Assembly: GCA_977017645.1 (NCBI GenBank)
Contig: OZ360231.1
Span: forward strand, 8,184,001 to 8,248,000
Source: Torpedo marmorata
Taxonomy: Eukaryota
DNA length: 64,000 nt
Reading direction: 5' to 3'
The notes under the pieces are model-generated. The model ran no database searches and was not told the origin of the DNA. It worked only from the letters and a program-made list of their open reading frames with translations. The position numbers and the translations under genes were made by a program. Positions within the stretch are counted from its first letter, which is position 1; each line of letters starts with the position of its first letter. Positions 23,768-36,885 of this stretch are shown here, piece after piece.

Positions 23768-24863
23768 GAATCAGAATCAGAATTTATTGTCATGAACAAG
23801 TCATGGAATTCGGTGTTTTGCGGCAGCATCATAGTGCAAACATTCATATTATAACCATCTTACGACATTACTATAAAAAATATATATAAATAATAGTGCA
23901 CGAAAAGTAAGGCAGTGTCCTTGGTTCATTGATTATTCAGGAATCTGATGGCAGCGGGGAAGAAGCTGTCCTTGTGCCGTTGAGTGCTCGTCTTTAGGCT
24001 CCTGTACCTTTTTCCCGATGGTAGCAGAGTGAAGAGGGCATGGCCTGGGTGGTGGGGGTCTTTGAGGATAGAGGCTGCTTTTTTAAGACACCGCCTCATG
24101 TAGATGTCCTCGATGGAGTGAAGTCTGGTGCCTGTGATGTCACAGGCCGAGTTAACAACCCTCTGGAGTTTATTCTTGTCCTGAGAGTTGGCGCCTCCAT
24201 ACCAGGCAGTGATGCAACCAGCCAAAATGCTCTCCACGGTACACCTGTAGAAGTTTACGAGAGTCTTCGGTGATATACCGAATCTCCTCAGACACCTCAC
24301 AAAGTATAGCCACTGGCGAGCCTTCTTTGTGATTGCATCAACGTGGATGCTCAAGGACAGGTCCTCGGAGATGTTGACACCCAGGAATTTGAAGTTCTTG
24401 ACCCTCTCCACTACTGAGTCCTCAATGAGGACTGGGTCGTGTTCCCCTGACTTCCTCCTGAAGTCCACAATCATTTCCTTGGTTTTGCTGACGTTGAGTG
24501 CAAGGTTGTTGTCGTTACACCATTCAACGAGCTGATCTATCTCCCTCCTGTACTCTTCCTCATTGCTGTTTGTGATTCTGCCGACAACTGTAGTGTCATC
24601 GGCAAACTTGTAGATGGCATTGGAATTGTGCCTGGCCACACAGTCATGGGTGTATAACGAGTAGAGCAGTGGGCTAAGCACGCATCCTTGGGGTACGCCT
24701 GTGTTGATAATCAGTGAGGAGGAGACGTTGTTTCCAATTCGTACTGACTGTGGTCTTCCAATGAGAAAGTCAAGGGTCCAGTTGCAGAGGGGGGTACAGA
24801 GGCCTCGAGTTTGTAGGCTCTTGACCAGCACTGAGGGAATAATGGTATTGAAGGCCGAGCTGT
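23768..24863 (-). mobile_element. Rex1/Babar-type LINE, 5'-truncated (same subfamily as 11685-13240)
   Basis: ORF 23926..24831 is nearly identical to the C-terminal part of ORF 11841..13277. Same (ATTCTG)n tail. Confidence 0.93.
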
Positions 24864-24879
24864 ATCGCTATTGATAAGT

Positions 24880-25440
24880 TTTCCTCTGTTCTTGAATCAG
24901 AGGAGTGGCCCTAAGGTGTTTGAACAATGCTGGAGAATCCACACCATGGTTATCAACAACTTGCTGGACCTCCTGTGCTCCTTGCACCCACCATCTGCTC
25001 TTTGGTTATGGTTTTCTGCTGACCCTTGGTCCACATCAGTATTTCTTTTCCTTTAAGCCATGGTGGAGCTTCCAATTTAAAATTGGCTTGTTTTGGCACT
25101 TGGATCTACTTTCATTCTCATTAAATTAGTTCTGGTCTTTTCTGGTAAAAAAAAAACCAAGAGTCTCTTCACAGGTGCCAACTATTCCAGACAGTCCAGA
25201 CATTGAAATTTCTTCAGCTGCTGTTGGTTGGGGAATCATCAGTTTGCATGTGAGGCGCTCTCTGAGTAGAATTATCCTCGTGCGCACCTTGAGAACCTCC
25301 ACACTGATTTTCTAGTGCAGTGTTTCTGCCAGCAAACTGTAATAACCCATCCCAGTGGTGTGAACATTCAGGCATGAGTGGGAGTGCTGTTGCATGCCTG
25401 TTCACCCAATGCTGTTGTCATAACCCATCTTGCAACCCAG
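24880..25440 (-). mobile_element. Possible highly decayed RTE-clade LINE fragment
   Basis: Minus strand reads RWWVQGAQEVQQVVDNH, resembling an RTE-like WW.EKAQEIQQLAD.H segment recalled from memory. Frames are interrupted by stops. Confidence 0.3.
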
Positions 25441-25889
25441 ACTGGCTGACTGATAAGAAAATGTCACTCAGCTAAAGTGCACGGGTGAGATGTTCTCAGA
25501 GCTGGGTGGTACAGAGAGGACTGGTGGGGTTAGGCAGGAGAACAAGCCGTGAGAAGGGAAGGGGCAAGGATTATTGGTGCAGGGCAGGGGAAGGATTGTC
25601 AGTGAAGGGGCAAGGATTGTTGGTGAAGGGAAAAGGGAGAGGGTGGAGTGGAAGGGTACCAAAAGTATGCACTCATTTACGCATGTATCAGGCTAGGTAG
25701 GAAAAGAGTGTCACATAATTTCTCTCTCTTCTGCCATTAGATTGTTGTTAAATTGTATCACATCTCAACCCACCCACCTTCACTCTGCAGTCCTCAATGG
25801 CTTTACTTAACTACCGGTATATTTCAATCTGAGGTTTGAAATTCTGTCCTAGTTTCAACAGCTTTGCTGATTTGTGGTTTTAAGCTTAC

Positions 25890-26148
25890 CCAGTCAACTC
25901 TTTGCTTCCTTTTTGAGTTATTAAGGGTGATGCTTTAACAAATGGAGTTGTTTCTTCCTCCTTCAAAATTGCTTTTGTCTCTTCCATTTCTTCTGACAAT
26001 TCTTGTTCGGGTTTCAAATCGGATTCTTTTCTTTCTCTCTTGATGAAAGATATTGCTGATTTGCTGCTCCTCAAATCGGTATCGTTAAAATGAATGATTT
26101 TATCGTTTATTCGGCTTTCCATTTCATTTGTGATGCTTAGTATTCTAC
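25890..26148 (-). CDS. SETDB2: SETDB2 coding exon G (259 nt, phase 1-2): GRILSITNEM...KGSKELTG, start of the SET insertion
   Basis: Lies inside ORF 25886..26188. GRILS matches human GRLLS. Acceptor tacttttag, donor gtaagc. Confidence 0.9.
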
Positions 26149-26759
26149 CTAAAAGTAAAACCACATTGAAAACAATATACTCACACATTTTAGCAAAATT
26201 CTATTACAAGTACAATATCTAAATTTGAACAAAATATATCATCCATAATTATTCAACTAGAAAAGGCACCAAGAGATACAGCACTAATTCATGTGATCAC
26301 ACTGCTTCCAGGGCCAGTTCTACATATGCACCAAACAAACTAATAATGAAAATGAAGTTCAATATTGGACGTCAGCACAGAAAGGTAAAGAGAAAAAGAT
26401 TATCTTTCTTCATCAACCATTTAAATGCATTTTGCATAAAGGTAAAGAATGGACTGAAGTCAGCTTTAATGCCACTATTTATTTTTATAAATGTTCTGGT
26501 GATAAAATGGCCATTTCTTTTAATTCACAGATTGAAATGTGGGCATTGCTGGCTTTCACTGACCTTGTTGTCATTTGATAGAATTGACATGGGATATAGA
26601 CCATACAAATCAAAAGGGTTTATCCAAAGTCTTTTCAGTATTATGGATTTTCGGGCAGTACTTTTAAAATTCAAATTTAAGGAAGAATAAAGAAGAGATG
26701 AACAGGTAAATTTTGATAGTTTATTCATTAGCAAATACAGCATGCTTCATTTATCAAAA

Positions 26760-26938
26760 AGAGCAGTTTTAAAGAAAAATAAAGTCAACAAGTGTGGTCG
26801 TTTGTGCCGCTGTGCATTTGTAGCACTTACGCATGCACGCACACAAAAGTCCGCTAAATTTAAAAATTTTGAGTTTTGGAAATGTTTGGATTCTTGGGTG
26901 GTCTGGATTTCTGGCATCGGATTTTTGGATTTCTACTG
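26760..26938. mobile_element. Possible right end of an old Tc1/mariner MITE
   Basis: Ends ...ggatttctactg|ta, like the TIR at 56893-56913. Left end not found. Confidence 0.35.
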
Positions 26939-27624
26939 TACCTTGCTTACTCTGGAGGAAGTGTCATGTCCTATCCTTCAACGGAATGCAAGGACTGACA
27001 TAAGGATGTAATTGCAGGTGCAAATATGCAATAGCCAGATGTCTGACAGAGAAAAAAAACTTCTCTCCAAATGGTTGGGAACAGATAGAAGGAAGAACTC
27101 TTACCTGGCAGATTTCAAAGCAAATTTTATATTACTTTGAGAAGATATTAAAAAAAAAACGTAAAACTTACATGTCCACGAAAATATTCATTTTTATATC
27201 CTTAAGGTTTATACAGGATAGAAATAAAACTAAATTCACAAACTATTTCATTAAAATAATCAATAATTAAATCCTGAATGAGAGTTTGGAGTTCCATTCA
27301 TTCAGGTTTTAATTATTGAAATGAGGTTCTTTGGTCATGCAATTAAAAATTCATGCTTGAATAGACTAGTTCTAACATGTTGTATTTAGTCGCTATCTAG
27401 CAAGGTAACAATTTGCAGCTCCGTGTTTGTCATGTATCTGATTGCCAAAATCTCCAGGAAGGTTGATAGTTTAGTTTTGAATTCTATGGAGGATCTGTCA
27501 GTAATTTTCTGACCATTGCTTTTTTGCATGTGTAGTTCCAGAAATTGCTGTTGAATTTATCCCATAATAATTATATTCATGTACAAACTTGACATTAATT
27601 TAACTGGGTAAAAATCCATGCAAA

Positions 27625-28000
27625 CACTTCAGAGGAATATTAAAGTTGTGTCACATTGTTGGAGGTGCCACCATTCATTTGAGGTACTAAACTGATGCTT
27701 TGAGCGGACCAAATAATATCTCATGGCACTAATCTGAACATGAGCAAGGGAATTTTCCCAATGTCAGAATCAGGTTTATTGTCTTGAATGTGTCACAAAA
27801 TTTGTTGTTTTGCGGCAGCTGTATTGTGCATTACAGGTGCAAAATTGGTATAAATTACAGTTCTATAAATACAATATTTAAAAATAAATAATTAGTGCAA
27901 AAAAAGAAAAAAAGTGTTAGTATCTATAGGTATATGTCCTGGTTAATATTTTTGCATTAACTGACTTCACTAAAAAAATCTCCAGGCATTGATCTCCATG
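27625..28000 (+). mobile_element. DeuSINE-like remnant interrupted by a Rex1/Babar 3' tail (about 27766-27933, minus)
   Basis: ttggaggtgccacc...atctcatggcacta...atgtc, then agaatcaggtttattgtc...ttttgcggcagc, then atgtcctggttaatattt. Confidence 0.5.
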
Positions 28001-28477
28001 CTTTTGTGGAACCCTACTGTCCAAATTGGCTTCCACCTTTGCTTTATTGTTACATTCGCCGCATTTCATTTGCTGTTATATATTTTGTTACATTCTGAGT
28101 TTTGGAAAGGCATTAAAGGCCTTCTTTCAATTCATCATGAAGAAACATTGAAAAAATAATTCAATTTTTAGCAAAAATATAATTACAGATCAAATCTACA
28201 TGCAATTGTAAATACATGGATTTTATTTCAGCCTACGCTTTTATACAAGTTACATATCTTTCAGAATACTATAATGTGACAATTAATAACAAATACCATC
28301 AGTATAATATTTCTGGCAATGTGGAACATGTAAACAAACTGCAATGCTTGAAATTGAAAATATATTGAAAATAATCACATTATGAAGCATTTGCAAACAT
28401 TGTGTCAGTAACTTTATATAAAAAGTAACTCAAATCAACATCTTGATATACAGTACAGTATTTAATGGACATCATAC

Positions 28478-28647
28478 CTGCATAACAACACACAAAAGTT
28501 CCTTTATCAACATCATCCATACAACGCACTCCCCAGCCTTTTTTGTGTGTTTTAAACAATTGCAGTTGAATTCTAAGACCCTGTTGTACAACTCTGTTTT
28601 CACAAGATCTTTTGTTGCATTTGCACCATGTGTTACATTCGTAAACC
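28478..28647 (-). CDS. SETDB2: SETDB2 coding exon F (170 nt, phase 2-1): VYECNTWCKCNKRSCENRVVQQGLRIQLQLFKTHKKGWGVRCMDDVDKGTFVCCYA
   Basis: End of pre-SET plus SET-N with the GWG motif. Acceptor tctttttcag, donor gtatga. Confidence 0.96.
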
Positions 28648-28817
28648 CTGAAAAAGATTTGCTGTTAAAAATATCTCACTCAACAATTATTTCCAGTTGG
28701 CAACTAACATTGTGAGGCAGATACTCAATGCTGTCACTGGCATCACTTGATCTAAGCCCATGGACTTGATTCATGTTTCAATGCAATCTGCATATTGAAT
28801 ACAACAATGTGGTAAAA

Positions 28818-31800
28818 GCTCTAATTTGATAATAAGCAAAAAGTGTATTATCTAATATATTAAATTTATCTTTCATTCTTTGAAAAGTAATAAATTTCCC
28901 AGCTTCAAAACAATCATTTATTTTCTTAATTCCTTTTTGAAACCAAATTTTAAATAATTGATTATCAATAGTAAATGGAATAAGTCCATTTTGATATAAA
29001 GGCATCCTTGAAGAAATCAATCCTTTTCCTCCTATTTCCTTATCCGTCTTATTCCATATTTCTAACAAATGTTTAAGAATAGGAGAATTTTTCTTTCATG
29101 TTGATATTAATTTAGAATCCCATTTATAAATAACTTCTTCTTTGGAATCTTCTATATTATTTAATTCTATTTTAATCCAAGCAGAAGATTTAGTTGAATC
29201 AAAAAATTCATTAACAAATTTTAATTGAGCTGCTTTATAATAATTTTGGAAATTAGGAAGTTGTAAACCCACCCATTTCATAATTCCAAGTTAATTTTTC
29301 CATACCTACTCTTTCTAACTGTCCTTTCCATAAAAATTTTCTAATAATTGAATTTAAATCTTTAAAAAATTTTTGAGGAATTTCATAAGGAATTGATTGA
29401 AAAAGATATTGAATTCTTGGAAAAACATTCATTTTAATACAATTTATTCTTCCCATTAAAGTTATAGGTAAATCTTTCCAATTTTCTAAATTCTTTTTTA
29501 TTTTCACAAATAATGGTAAATAATTTAATTTATATAAATTAGCCAATTTTGTGTCAATCCTTATTCCCAAATATTTAATTCCTTCCTTTGCCCATTTAAA
29601 TTGTATAATTTCTTTACATCTACTATAATCCCCTTGTGATAATGCCATAATTTCACTTTTATCAGAATTAATTTTATATCCAGATGTTTCCCCATATTCT
29701 CTCAATAACGCAGACAATTGTACTAAAGATGTAGTGGATTTTGTCATATATATCATTCTTCCATTCCAACTTTAATACCAACTATTTTAGGATAAATTTA
29801 ATATATTAGATAATACACTTTTTGCTTATTATCAAATTAGAGCTTTTCTGATTTTTAAAAAAATATTTTATTTAAAAATTTTAAATCACACAATACACAG
29901 TTTAAAACGCAAATTTCTCAAATTACATGTGATACATTTTCACCCCCCCCCTCCCTAACCCTCCCGAAAAGAAAGAAAGAAGAAGAAAAGGATAGAGTAA
30001 GGAGAATGTCAATCTAAAAAGAACAACTATAAACTGATCTTATTGTGGAGGATAGGCTCGCCAGCCAGAACCGATGTCCAGAGATCTTCAAATCCTTAAA
30101 CCCACAATTTTTATATATGGGCTCCATACTTCCAAAAATAAATGATACTTATCACGTAAATTATATGTAATTTTTTCAAGTGGTATACATGAACGCAATT
30201 CTGCGTGCCATCTTTCCAACCCTAAGTCTACATCCGACTTCCATGTAGTGGCAATACATTTCTTAGAAACGGCTAAAGCAATACGTAAAAATTCTGTCTG
30301 GTACATATTTAATTTCCCTTTAACACTGGTTCCTTCAATATCTCCAAACAAGAATATCATAGGATCCATTGGAAGTGTAGTTCCTAATACTTTATCTAAA
30401 AAATTTTTAACTTTCAACCAAAAATCATAAACTTTTGGACAAAACCATGTAGAATGTACAAAAGAACCTTCCTCTTTATTACATCTAAAACATAAACCAG
30501 ATAATGTCGGATTAAATTTCTTTAATTTTTTAGGTGTTAAATATAGTTGATGAAAAAAATTATATTGCACCAATCTATATCTAACATTAATAATCTTCGT
30601 CATACTTTGTTTACATAATTTTTTCCAATGCTCTTCATCTATTGTTACATTCAAATCTTTTTCCCAATTTAATCTTGATTTATGAATTCCTGTTTTAGGA
30701 AGTTTCCTCTGTAGCAATCTGTACATTTGAGAAATAAATTTAGGCACACCTCCATTAGTAACTAATAATTTCAATTCAGTCTGTCTTGGTAAGGTCAAAC
30801 CGCGGCCCAACCTTTCCCCTAAAAACGCCCTAATTTGATAATAAGCAAAGATTGTATTATTTGCTACACTAAATTTATCTTTCATTCTCTGAAATGTAAT
30901 AAATTTACCAGCTTCAAAACAATCATTTATTTCCTTAATTCCCTTTTGGTACCAAATTTTATATAGTTGATTATCGACAGTAAATGGAATAAGTTCATTT
31001 TGATATAGAGGCATTCTTCGAGAAATTGATCCTTTCGCTCCTATTTCTCTATCCACTCTATTCCATATTTCTAACAAGTGCCTAAAAATAGGAGAATTTT
31101 TCCCTCTTGTTAATAATAATTTAGAATTCCATTTATAAATGACTTCTTCTTTCAAATCCTCTCCTATATTATTTAATTCTATTCTCATCCAAGCAGAGAG
31201 CTTCCCTAAATCAAACAATTCGTTAATAAATTTTAGTTGGGTTGCTTTATAATAATATTGAAAATTAGGAAGCTTTAGACCACCCATTTCGTAGTTCCAG
31301 GTTAATTTCTCCAATCCTACTCTCGCCAACTTTCCTTTCCACAAAAATGTCCTAATAATTAAATTTAAATCCTTAAAAAACTTCTGAGGGATTTCATAAG
31401 GAATTGATTGAAAAAGATACTGAATTCTCGGAAAAACTTTCATTTTAATACAATTTACCCTTCCCATTAAAGTTATAGGCAAATCCTTCCATCTCTCCAA
31501 ATCCTTTTTTATATTCACAAATAGTGGTAAATAATTTAATTTATACAAATTGGATAATTTTGTATCAATCTTTATTCCCAAATATTTAATTCCTCCCTTT
31601 GCCCATTTAAATTGTGTAATTTCTTTACAATCGCTATAGTCCCCTTGTGTTAAAGGCATAATTTCACTTTTATCCGAGTTAATCTTGTAACCAGATATTC
31701 CCCCAAATTCTTTCAATAAAACAGACAATTGTGTTAGAGAATTAATAGGTTTTGTCATATATATCAATACGTCATCTGCAAACAAACGAATTTTGTGTTC

Positions 31801-34630
31801 TTCCTTACCAACTTTAATACCTGCAATCTTACTATCTTGTCTAATTAATTCGGCTAAAGGTTCTATTGCTAAAATAAACAATGCTGGCGATAAAGGACAA
31901 CCTTGTCTAGTAGACCTGGTTAAGGAAAATTTTGAAGATATTTGACCATTTGTGACCACTCTAGCAGACGGTTCTTTATATATAGTTTTAATCCAATTAA
32001 TAAATGTACTTCCAAAACCAACTTTTTCCAGTACCTTAAATAAATAATTCCACTCTAATCTATCAAAAGCCTTTTCGGCATCTAATGTTAATACTAATGA
32101 CAGTTCTTCTCTTTTTTGTGCCACGTTTATTAGACTAATTAATCTAGCGATATTATCTTTTGAATATCTGTTTCTAATAAAGCCTGCCTGATCTACATGG
32201 ACTAAGTCTGGTAAGAACTTAGCCACTCTGTTTGCTAAAATTTTCGCCATTATTTTATAGTCCACATTTAACAACGATATTGGTCTATATGATTCTGTTC
32301 TCAACAAGTCTCTATCTTTTTTCGGTATAACTGTTATTAATGCATTGGTGAAGGATTCTGGTAGAGAATGGGTTTCCGTTATTTGTTTTAATACCTCCAT
32401 ATAAGGAGGAATCAATAAGTCCTTAAATTTCTTATAAAACTCTGATGGGAAACCATCCTCCCCCGGAGATTTCCCACTTGTCAAAGAACTAAGAACCCCA
32501 TCGACTTCCCTCATCGTAAATGGTGAATCTAAAGATTCTTTACTAAGTGTATCTAACCTGGGCATGTTAATTTTGGATAAAAATTTGTTAATTTTAGAAT
32601 CATCTTTATCGGCTTGAGATGTATATAAATTCAAATAAAAATCTTTGAAAGAATCATTTATTTCTCGTGGTTTATAAGTTATTTTCTTAGAATTCTTTTT
32701 TATAGCCGTTATAGTTCTAGAGGTTTGTTCCTTCTTTAATTGCCAGGCTAAAACTTTATGAGCTCTTTCTCCCAGTTCATAATACCTTTGCTTAGTCCTT
32801 TCAATGAGTTTTTCCAATTTATATATTTGTAACGTATTATAATATAACTTTTTCCCAATTAAATCTTTCTTCTTTTCTTCTGATCTCTTTTTTTGTAGAT
32901 CCTTCTCCAAAAATTCAATCTCCTTCTCCAAATTATCCAATTCCTGAATATTTTCCTTCTTAACTTTTGCTGAATAACTTATTATCTGACCTCTTAAATA
33001 ATCTTTCAAAGCATCCCAAATAATAAATTTATTTTCCATGGAATCCGCGTTAATCTGTAAAAATTCTTGGATTTCTCTTCTTATATATTTACAAAAATCC
33101 ACTCTCTTTAGTAAAGAAGAGTTAAACCTCCATTTATATATAATTTTTTCTTTTTCTGGAATTATGCACGACATTAATAAAGGCGAGTGGTCAGAAATTA
33201 ATCTAGCCTTATATTGTACTTGAGTCACCCTATCCTGTAATTGTGATGACAGCAAAAACATGTCTATTCTAGAATAAGAATCATGTCTAGAGGAATAAAA
33301 GGAGTAATCTTTTTCTCTCGGATTCAACTTCCTCCAAATATCAATTAGATTCAGGTCTTCCATCATCGTTAGAATTCTCTTAGCAGTTTTAGTTCTAATA
33401 ATTGATTTGGATGTTTTATCCATTACTGGGTCCAGACAACAATTAAAATCTCCACCAATTAAAATATTATTTGTATGCCTCTGACAGATGCATAAAAGAA
33501 TCTTGAATAAATTGATCATCTTGCGTATTCGGCACATATATATTCATAAGAGTCCACATTTCTGAGTATATCTGACAGTTTATTAAGACGTATCTTCCTG
33601 ACCCATCAGTAACCACTAGAGCTTTTCTGATTGAGAAATTAGGTTATGCTTTGATTTTACCAAGACAGAATGAATTAGAATTATTAGTTACTAAAGGAGA
33701 TGTAAACAAATTTATTTCTCAAATGTTTCAGAGGAAAATTCCTAAAGTAGGAATTCATAAATCAAGATTAAAATTGGAATTAGATTTGAACGTAACAATA
33801 GATGAAAATTATTGGAAAGAATTATGTAAATTAAGTATGACGAAGATTATTAATGTTAGATATAGATTAGTACAATACAATTTTTTTCATCAATTATATT
33901 TAACACCTAAAAAATTAAAGAAATTTAACCCGACATTATCAGGTTTATGTTTCAGATGTAATAAAGAGGAAGGTTCTTTTGTACATTCTACATGGTTTTG
34001 TCCAAAAGTCTATGATTTTTGGTTCAAAGTTAAAAATTTTTTAGATAAAGTATTTAAGATTATATTTCCGATGGATCCTATGATATTTTTGTTTGGAGAT
34101 ATTAAAAAATTTAGTATTAAGATGAAATTAAATATGTATCAAATAGAATTTTTGCGAATTGCTTTAGCTGTTTCAAAGAAATGCATTGCTATTACTTGGA
34201 AATCTGATGTTGATTTTTAGGGTTAGAAAGATGGCATGCAGAACTTCGTTCATGTATACCACTTGAAAAAATTACTTATAACTTACGGAATAAATATCAT
34301 TTCTTTTTAAAAATATGGAGCCCTTATATGAAAGCTGTTGGCTTAAGGATTTGAAGATCTCTGGACATTGGATCTACTGGCTACCTAACCTCCATAATAG
34401 AATTAGTTTATAGATGTATTTATTAGATTGACATTCTCCTTACCTTATCTTTTTCTTTTCTATTTCTTTTTTTAAAATTATTATTTTATTAGATTAGTGG
34501 GGTTGGGAGGGTTGGGGAGGGGAGGGTGGGTGAAAATGTATCACAAGTATTTTTGATAATTTTATATTTTATTCTATGTATTTTGTGATTTAAAATTTTA
34601 AATAAAATATTTTTTTAAAAAACAAGAAAA
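28818..34630 (+). mobile_element. L1/Tx1-clade LINE with 5' inversion (28818-29790 inverted; 29791-29853 and 33633-34630 forward)
   Basis: 15-bp TSD aacaatgtggtaaaa (28803-28817, 34631-34645). ORF pieces are minus at 28778-29756 and plus at 33651-34220. Confidence 0.88.
29854..33616 (-). mobile_element. L1/Tx1-clade LINE nested in the previous element; near-intact ORF2
   Basis: 1149-aa ORF 30088..33537 (GGDFN, SRID, SDHSP endonuclease; RT FADD; CCHC). 16-bp TSD tagagcttttctgatt (29838-29853, 33617-33632). Confidence 0.96.
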
Positions 34631-35118
34631 AACAATGTGGTAAAAAAAATATCAGAATAATAACTGGTGGTAATTTATTGTGAATCATTTTGTATTTGTT
34701 TTACTTTAAAGTAGTGACTAAAGTATGCAGCATTTCAGAAGTTTTCCTAAATATTGCACTGCAAACTCCTCCATGTGTCATTGAATCATGCTACTTTTAA
34801 AATTGGATCTACAAATCCTGCATTCAAACCAAACGGAAACAGCATAGTAGTAGTAAATACGCAAACATGCTGGAGAAACTCAGTCATGTATTTACTACAA
34901 TCACAGCATCTGCAGACTTTCTTGTTTCACAGCATAGTAGTAGTGTTATAGTTCAAGTGGATCTGTAGAGGACACAACTAAAATTTGCATCCAATGTAAA
35001 TCCAATCCAAGATACACTTGTATCTGAAAACAGTATGATAGATGTGCCTTGCATTCAAGAGCATGTAGGAAGAGGATTTAACTATCCTTTTAAAGAGATT
35101 AACTTTATCTTAACTCAC

Positions 35119-35220
35119 CCGGAAGGTGCACATTGCAGAAGTCGTTTGCATTCGTACCCAGCAGCCTTGCTAAATCTTTTGTTGACTTTGGCTGTTAGCT
35201 GTTGACATGCACACCTAGAT
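35119..35220 (-). CDS. SETDB2: SETDB2 coding exon E (102 nt, phase 2-2): SRCACQQLTAKVNKRFSKAAGYECKRLLQCAPSG
   Basis: Pre-SET CAC.QLTA...GY..KRL motif. Acceptor tttgtaag, donor gtgagt. Confidence 0.93.
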
Positions 35221-35896
35221 CTTACAAAGATACCACATCTTAATATATTAACACAAATTTAAACATCCATTTTAATTATGATAGTTGAAATCTTTCTTCT
35301 TTTCATGATGGAGGCAAATTCCTACAATGGACTCTATTAGAAACATGTACCATATACATCATGAATTCTTGCAGCACCTCCAGAAGGTAATCAACATTGT
35401 AAACTTATTACAGTTTTACTACAAAAGATACAGGAATAATTGCACATTCTGATAAGGAAATATATCATCTGATCTTTGTGGATTTATGCCACAGAAGGAA
35501 TTAAAGTAGCAGCCACAATTAAACAACACAAATTTATACATATCTTCTGGATTGGTACACGTCCAAAGATGCTTTCACTGTGTACAAGAAAACAAATGAG
35601 TGGTAAACCCAAGACAAGGTTTTGGGAAGGCAAGTGAAAGCTAGGTCACAGGCATGTTACAAACAGGACTTTAAAAAGGAGAGAGAAGGATTTCTGAAGA
35701 TCCAGTCCAAGAAGATATAACTGGCGCTGCCAACAGTGGGGTAATGAGAGTGGGAAATGCAGAAGGATTCCAATACATTGGAGGATTGGAACAGTTAGAA
35801 CTCGATAAAATGGTCATCACATTTGAAGTTAGTCTGTGCTGAGTTAATATATTTCATATGGGATACAATAATATTTCCAGAAAGATACACATCAAT

Positions 35897-35936
35897 GTAT
35901 GAGATATATATATATATTATTATATATGATATATAC

Positions 35937-35992
<56 letters not shown>
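35897..35992. repeat. Compound (TA)n(TG)n microsatellite
   Basis: Direct reading. Confidence 0.95.
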
Positions 35993-36270
35993 CGCAAGAT
36001 ATTAGATATAGATATTATGAAAGATTGTTTCACAGATTGTCAGTACATGTAACATTGAACAAGCTCTGGAAGTACCACTGGGTTTAGGCCCCACTCATTT
36101 GACAATATACTGCAGAGCTAAAGGAGTGCAGTACTAACATGTTAAACACGTTTAGATCGCTATAAAATATTTTAAGACAGTATTTGTAGGGAAGTAGGCT
36201 TATATTCTGGCCAATATTTAACCCTTGAGGAACATGCATTAAAATGATCGACCATTCCTTTCCTTAACAA

Positions 36271-36515
36271 GGGCGCACGGTTAGCGTAGCGGTTAGCACA
36301 ACGCTGTTACAGTGCCAGCGACCAGGGTTCGAATCCGGCGTTGTCTGTAAGGAGTTTGTATGTTCTCCCCATGTCTGCGTGGGTTTCCTCCGGGCACTGC
36401 AGTTTCCTCCCACCGTTCAAAACGTACCGGAGGATGTAGGTTAATTGGATGTAATTGGGCGGCACGGGCTCGTGGGCCGAAAGGGCCCGTTACCGTGCTG
36501 TATGTCTAAATTAAA
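36271..36515 (+). mobile_element. tRNA-derived V-SINE (HE1-like) with CR1-type tail
   Basis: A-box-like tagcgtagcgg, B box ggttcgaatcc, V-domain-like gttctccccatgtctgcgtgggtttcctccggg, tail gggccgaaagggcc...gtgctgta. Confidence 0.88.
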
Positions 36516-36885
36516 GAAAAATTCAGATATGTACAACATAAGAATACTGAATAAATATACCCCATTCTCTGGCTAAATTAGAAGCATTTAAAAAAAAAAA
36601 TCTTTAAAAAGCTGTATAAACAACGTTAATACGTGATGGAAATAAAGTGATGAAAAGTTAACTCTATTTCACTTTCCACAGATGATGCGCAACCAGATGA
36701 GTGCTTCCAGCATCCACAATATTTTGCCTTTGCATAAATAAATTGATGCTTTAATGTCCATTCATTAATTCTAAATGCGATTTTTGGCTGTAAAATTTGG
36801 AGTTCAGAAGCAATCCTACACAGAGAAACTCGTAATTTTTGAAGATCAAGGGAATTACCAAAATAAATCATGAAATTATACTAAC

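Noticed and set aside
25214-25450. Possible extra SETDB2 exon after exon G
   Set aside because: All three frames after the candidate acceptors hit stops, and exons G and H already join in phase.
36271-36340. tRNA gene
   Set aside because: A and B boxes are present but run directly into a V-SINE body and LINE tail, with no complete cloverleaf.
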